Source of the DNA: Octopus vulgaris
Lineage: Eukaryota
DNA length: 64,000 bases
Assembly: GCA_951406725.2 (NCBI GenBank)
Contig: OX597822.1
Coordinates: 45,074,001 to 45,138,000 of the forward strand
Direction: 5' to 3'
Shown: in pieces, positions 58,278 to 64,000 of the stretch
Numbering within the stretch: the stretch's first letter is position 1
Layout of the letters: each line of letters begins with the position of its first letter
Position numbers and translations under genes: made by a program
Notes under the pieces: generated by a model
Seen by the model: only the letters and a program-made list of their open reading frames with translations
What the model was told of the DNA's origin: nothing
The model's database searches: none

Positions 58278-58835
58278 ATATATATATATGTGTATATAAT
58301 GTCTTATTGACATATATATATATATGTGTATATATATTGACATATATATATATGTGTGTGTGTATATAATATATATATATATATAGCACCAAGTGGTGCT
58401 ATTAAGTTAGACATGGCCTGGGCCAATACTGGCCAAAACCTTTTAAGTTATTCTAAGTTATTTATATATGTATATAATGTCTTATTGACATATATATATA
58501 TATGTGTGTGTATATATATATGTGTATATAATGTCTTATTGACGAGTTTCGTTTTTTTCACTTTCCTGAGGAGAAGATTGCATTGTTTATACCATACTTT
58601 TGAATAGTATCAGTGGAATTTTCGAAACATGTGTCGAAAGTAAAAATATTTGATTACACCTGCGTTAAACTTCATTTATTTATTCATATATTATTCAAAA
58701 TATTTAACGTAAACACGAAGTTTCTACCTTTATAAACAAGAAGTTACAACACCTTTACTTGTGAGATTTTTGCTGCCCTGGTAACTATTTATTTATTTTT
58801 TCCGTGTTAATTGTTAATAAGGTAAAAGTACACTC

Positions 58836-58891
<56 letters not shown>

Positions 58892-58950
58892 TATATAATA
58901 TATATACACACATACACACAAACACATATATATATAGATAGATAGATAGG

Positions 58951-59028
<78 letters not shown>

Positions 59029-59294
59029 TACATTTATGTTTGAACTCTCATATACAAAAACGTTCATTTGTATATGGTATACAAATTGATGTCTATCTAT
59101 ATCTATCTACCTACGAACTTGCATATATATATATAGAGAGAGAGAGAGAAAGAAAGAAAGAAACAGAGACCGACAGAGAGAAAAAGAGAGAGATACACAC
59201 ACATGTGTGTGTATATATATGTACGTATATATACACACATGTGTGTGTATATATATGTACGTATATGTTTATGTATACATATATATATATATAC

Positions 59295-59414
<120 letters not shown>

Positions 59415-59636
59415 CGGATCTACGTCCTACGTACGAATGCATGAATGTATCAATATGCAAGAATATAAGCCCGCTAACCAACAACGTATTCCAGTATTGT
59501 GATGTTTGCTAATGACACCCAATTTATTTCATAATGAGGTCTTGTCATTCAACGTGACTAGAGTTGTGTCCATGTGAATGTTTGTTTTTTTTGTGACGAG
59601 TACACACACACCCACACATACAAACACACACACGCA

Positions 59637-59677
<41 letters not shown>

Positions 59678-59843
59678 GTGGAAATGTCGATAAAAAATAT
59701 TTATACTTGAATCTGTATATTCACTAAGTATCGTTTTGCAAACATAGTAATATAGATAGATAAATAGATAGATAGATAGATAGATAGATAGATGTGTATA
59801 TGTATATGTATATATATATGTATATATATATGTATATGTATAT

Positions 59844-59899
<56 letters not shown>

Positions 59900-60056
59900 A
59901 ATAATATTTTTAAATATATGGTGTATATGTGTGTAAACATACATATAAACACACACACACGTAGATGTGTATATGTCACGAGTGCGTAAATACATATAAA
60001 CTTCAGTATCTATTTGTGTGTGTATATTTATCTGTCTATGTATGATGTGTATGCAC

Positions 60057-60113
<57 letters not shown>

Positions 60114-60981
60114 TATATATACACACATCCATTCATTTCTTAGGAATTCTCTCTTGCTTCCACGTGATAATACGAAAACTACATCACATCATTTTCATGA
60201 TACCATCATCTTCATCACCATCGTCGTCGTCGTCGTCGTCATGATCATCATCTTCGTCGTCGTCACCCTCGTCATCATTGACAACATCGCCATCGCCATC
60301 GTCGACGTCATCATCTCCACTATTACATACCAACTTATCTTCATCAATTTCGAATTAATAGATCCACAGGGGAAATGTTGGAGCTTGGAGAATTGTTGTC
60401 AGCGTAGAGTTATTGGTCTGTTATTTTTTTTCTCTGGTGGTGGTGGTGGTGGATTACGATGATATTGTTGTTGATGATAGTATGTGTGTGCTTTAAATCA
60501 TTATTAATGTATAACTTGCTATTGTAGGTATTATTTATCACCAAGACATCCCCGTTCGGAGCAAACTTTTCACTAAAAGCGTTCCAAGCATGACCAACTT
60601 TTCAATTGTTTTTTTCTCAGACCAAAAGCATCTTAGACCACATATTCCAATGTCTTTCAATTTTTTTTTTATTCGATATACAATACGCCTCTGTGGAATT
60701 TGTCTGCTATAGTTATGACGTCTAGGTTTTTGATAAACCAACAGTTGTTCTTCGTTTTGATGGCCACCACTTCTCCATAAAAAATTTAACGAAGCTTCAT
60801 TTGTATACCAAGGATCTCCGGAAAGCAATTTCCGGGGAGGAGGAGGAGGAGGAGGAGAAGAAGAAGAAGAAGAAGAAGAAGAAGAAGAAGAAGAAGAAGA
60901 AGAAGAAGAAGAAGAAGAAGAAGAAGAAGAAGAAGAAGAAGAAGAAGAAGAAGAAGAAGAAGAAGAAGAAGAAGAAGAAGA

Positions 60982-61162
60982 GCGAAAAATACCTTAGGAA
61001 TGAGAACCCAGGTTCGAAATTTCCCCAAGACACCTGATGAAGGCTGGAAGGTATATCAGCCTAAACGTTGTGTTAACAAGAAACAAGATTAGGACAAATA
61101 TCCGTCAAATATAAATGATGTAAATAATGTACACAATTCCTCATCTCTTAAATATAGAACTG
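60982..61162 (+). mobile_element. second copy of the hammerhead repeat 3' part, after (GAG)n(AAG)n
   Basis: gacacCTGATGAaggctg..cagccTAAACgttgtgtt at 61029-61074; GAAA core mutated to TAAA. Confidence 0.85.
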
Positions 61163-61444
61163 TATTATCTTCATAGAGGTTAAATTAAGAGTATTATTGG
61201 CGAAGCTTTGGACCGATTCTAAGTATCGATGAGGTCTAAATATTGTCATTTTCGGAGACCTTTTCTGTCTGGAGATGGCAAATAGCTTCCAGAGATCTTT
61301 GTTTTTGTTGGTTCTATGGATCTATAACTGTTCTTTTGAGTGGCGATCGTAGCCTTTACGATACAAGCTCTAGATAGGCAGATGTACCGACAGTTTCGCC
61401 TGTTCGAAATGCAAGTAAAGAGACGAAACAGTCCGGCTCATCGA

Positions 61445-61917
61445 CACTAGTGCTTCACTGGAACTTATTTTATCGATCTCGAACGTATGAACGACAAAGT
61501 CGAATTAGGTGGAAGTTGAACTCATAACGAAAAGTCGGACGAAATGCAACTAAACACTGCATTCATCGATTCTACCAGCTTGTCGCTTTAATTATGACAA
61601 TAATTATAATAATCGCAGCTTTAACTATGATAATAATAATTCTTCCTTCTATAGTCACAAGGCCTGAAATTTTAGAGGAGTAGGGGGCTAATCACTTATA
61701 CTGACCCCAATGCTGTACTATTACTTATTTCGTTGACCCTCGAAAGGATGAAAAACAAAGTCGACCTTGGCGAAATTTGAACTCAGAACATAAAGACAGA
61801 CGAGATGTCACTAAGCATTCTGCATGGAGTGTCAACGATTTTGTCAATCACTGGCAATCATCCTTTTGGAATCAGTAAAATAAGAGCTATTTCAGGCCTT
61901 GTGCCTATTGTAGAAAA

Positions 61918-61999
<82 letters not shown>

Positions 62000-62014
62000 A
62001 TTATTATTATTATT

Positions 62015-62106
<92 letters not shown>

Positions 62107-62158
62107 GGGGGCGAGCTGGCAGAATCGTTAGCGCGTTGGACGAAATGCCGCTACATTC

Positions 62159-62162
<4 letters not shown>
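61445..62162. mobile_element. cluster of decayed SINE family A pieces
   Basis: Minus-strand copies at about 61445-61590 and 61650-61850; plus-strand tail 61890-61920 and head 62108-62162. Confidence 0.7.
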
Positions 62163-62233
<71 letters not shown>

Positions 62234-62833
62234 AAGTTGCCGCAGTTCTGCTGCACCTACTGCTACTGCTGCTGTTTTTCTTCTTCCTTCTGTAGTTCCA
62301 GTCTACGAGACCACAATCCGCCAAGGGACTCACAGACAGACAGACAGTCAAAGACATTACCAAAGTTTTCCCGCTAATGTCACCCCAATCACGTATTTCC
62401 CATTCGTGTGTAATTACTTTGGCAAGACCTCGCTTTCAGCCAAGGATCCAGATCACGTGATAATTGCATCAATTTCATTCTCTTGGATGACCAGGATCAA
62501 TCACGTTGCTCTTTTCTACTCTCTTTCTTTCCCTTCCCGCTTTTAGTTTGTTTTCTCTTTCTTTTTCTTCTTCGCCTCTTTCTCTCCATCTCCCCATCTC
62601 TCTCTCTCTCTTTCACTATCTTTCTCTCTCTCTCGTTCGCTCACTCACTCTCACCTGTTGCACAATGCACACACGTATACATACACGTATACATACAAAT
62701 GAATGCATGCATATGTGTATGTGTACGTGCGAATTTATAAGTATATATTTGTACAGCGTATACGTTCTTAGATAGACAGTGAGACAGACAGACAGACAGA
62801 TAGATAGACAGACAGACAGATATATATATGTAT

Positions 62834-62930
<97 letters not shown>

Positions 62931-62975
62931 CGGACAGACGGACAGACAGACAGAAAGACAGACAGACAGATAGAT

Positions 62976-63642
62976 AAGTTTCTTTATTGGCCACACAGGG
63001 CTGCATACAGATGGGACAAATTACAAGGTAGAGCTTTTCTTTTGGAGGATGAAAAAAAAGTGGCGTAGGTTTTTGATCAAAAGGGATCGTAAAAGGGAAA
63101 AAAGAAAAAAAGAAAAAAAGGAAAAGAAACAAAAGAAAAGAAAAAAGAAGAAAAAGAGGGAAAAAAGGGAAGAGGAAAAAAAGGGAAGAGGAAAAAAAGG
63201 GAAGAGGAAAAAACGATCAATAGAGATCGCGTATCACAGTGTTATGATGTACGGTGTAAAGGGGGAAGCAGATAAGGTTTATCCGTAGGAAGAAAAGCCT
63301 ACGAAAAAGACCACGGTAACCTCGGTCAATATTGTTATATGTTACCACATTTGTTTGCAAGTGGGTAACCCTCTGTTTTCAATTTCTGGGTTCATACGTA
63401 CCATCCTTGCTACATTCACCCATCTTTTTTTAAAACATTCGCTAGGCAAAACTTGCCTCTCTACTCTCACTTTCCTTTTCAAGTGGTACTTGAAGAAGTT
63501 GATGAGAGATTGACCAGAGAGGGAAGTGTTTGTCTCCAATCCTTTCAGACGCGTCCACCAGATACATTCTTTCGCCATAGCCACAAGGACGATGAAGATA
63601 GCTCTTCCTTCCCGTTTGAAGGAAGGAGGCGTGACAATATTG

Positions 63643-63643
<1 letters not shown>
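62976..63643 (-). mobile_element. 5'-truncated Tx1/L1-like LINE in (GATA)n
   Basis: [33 protein letters not shown]; 3' end aataaagaaactt joined to (ATCT)n; (GATA)n at the 5' break. Confidence 0.88.
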
Positions 63644-63724
<81 letters not shown>

Positions 63725-64000
63725 AGACGGACAGACAGACAGACAGGTAGGCAGATAGACAGATAGATAGAGAAAAAGAGAGAGAGTGAGAAAGATAATA
63801 AATAAATAGATATACAGTTAGATAGAGACAGTGAGAAAGAGAGAAATGAATAAATAGAATAAATAGGAGACAGACAGAGACAGACAGACAGATAGACAGA
63901 CAGACAGACAGATAGATAGACAGACAGACAAACAGACAGACAGATAGATAGATATAGATAGATAGACAGACAGACAGACAGATAGACAGGCAGACAGATA

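Noticed and set aside
58290-58545. Repeated gtatataatgtcttattgac units resembling a CRISPR array
   Set aside because: Spacers are TA/TG microsatellite, irregular, eukaryotic context, no cas genes
60670-60785. Kinase-like GEVVAIK on the minus strand
   Set aside because: Bounded by stops, no other kinase motif and only a weak acceptor; likely chance

Overview
AT-rich, microsatellite-saturated eukaryotic (animal) DNA with no recognisable host protein-coding gene. The SINE families, RTE elements with C2H2 fingers and repeat density suggest an octopus/cephalopod intron or intergenic region (inference). Almost all long ORFs are microsatellite artefacts. The real content is transposable elements: several R4/Dong-like RLE LINEs in (TAA)n, including one near full-length copy at 3956-8129; a Penelope element (RT + GIY-YIG) with a hammerhead-bearing pseudo-LTR; RTE LINEs with C-terminal C2H2 zinc fingers; Tx1/L1-like LINEs; a full-length Tc1-type element with DD36 spacing, a DD41D deletion derivative and other mariner remnants; Helitron derivatives; at least five tRNA-derived SINE families; and a truncated U6 retrocopy. 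Best leads: (i) a tRNA-headed SINE that appears to end in a Penelope-type minimal hammerhead ribozyme, plus further minimal hammerheads with palindromic stem III; (ii) a Tx1-like LINE family apparently site-specific for (GATA)n; (iii) a SINE sharing the Tx1-like 3' tail and recurrently joined at one internal site of its own family. Two candidate minus-strand exons may belong to a host transcript. Coordinates were read by eye and some ends are approximate.
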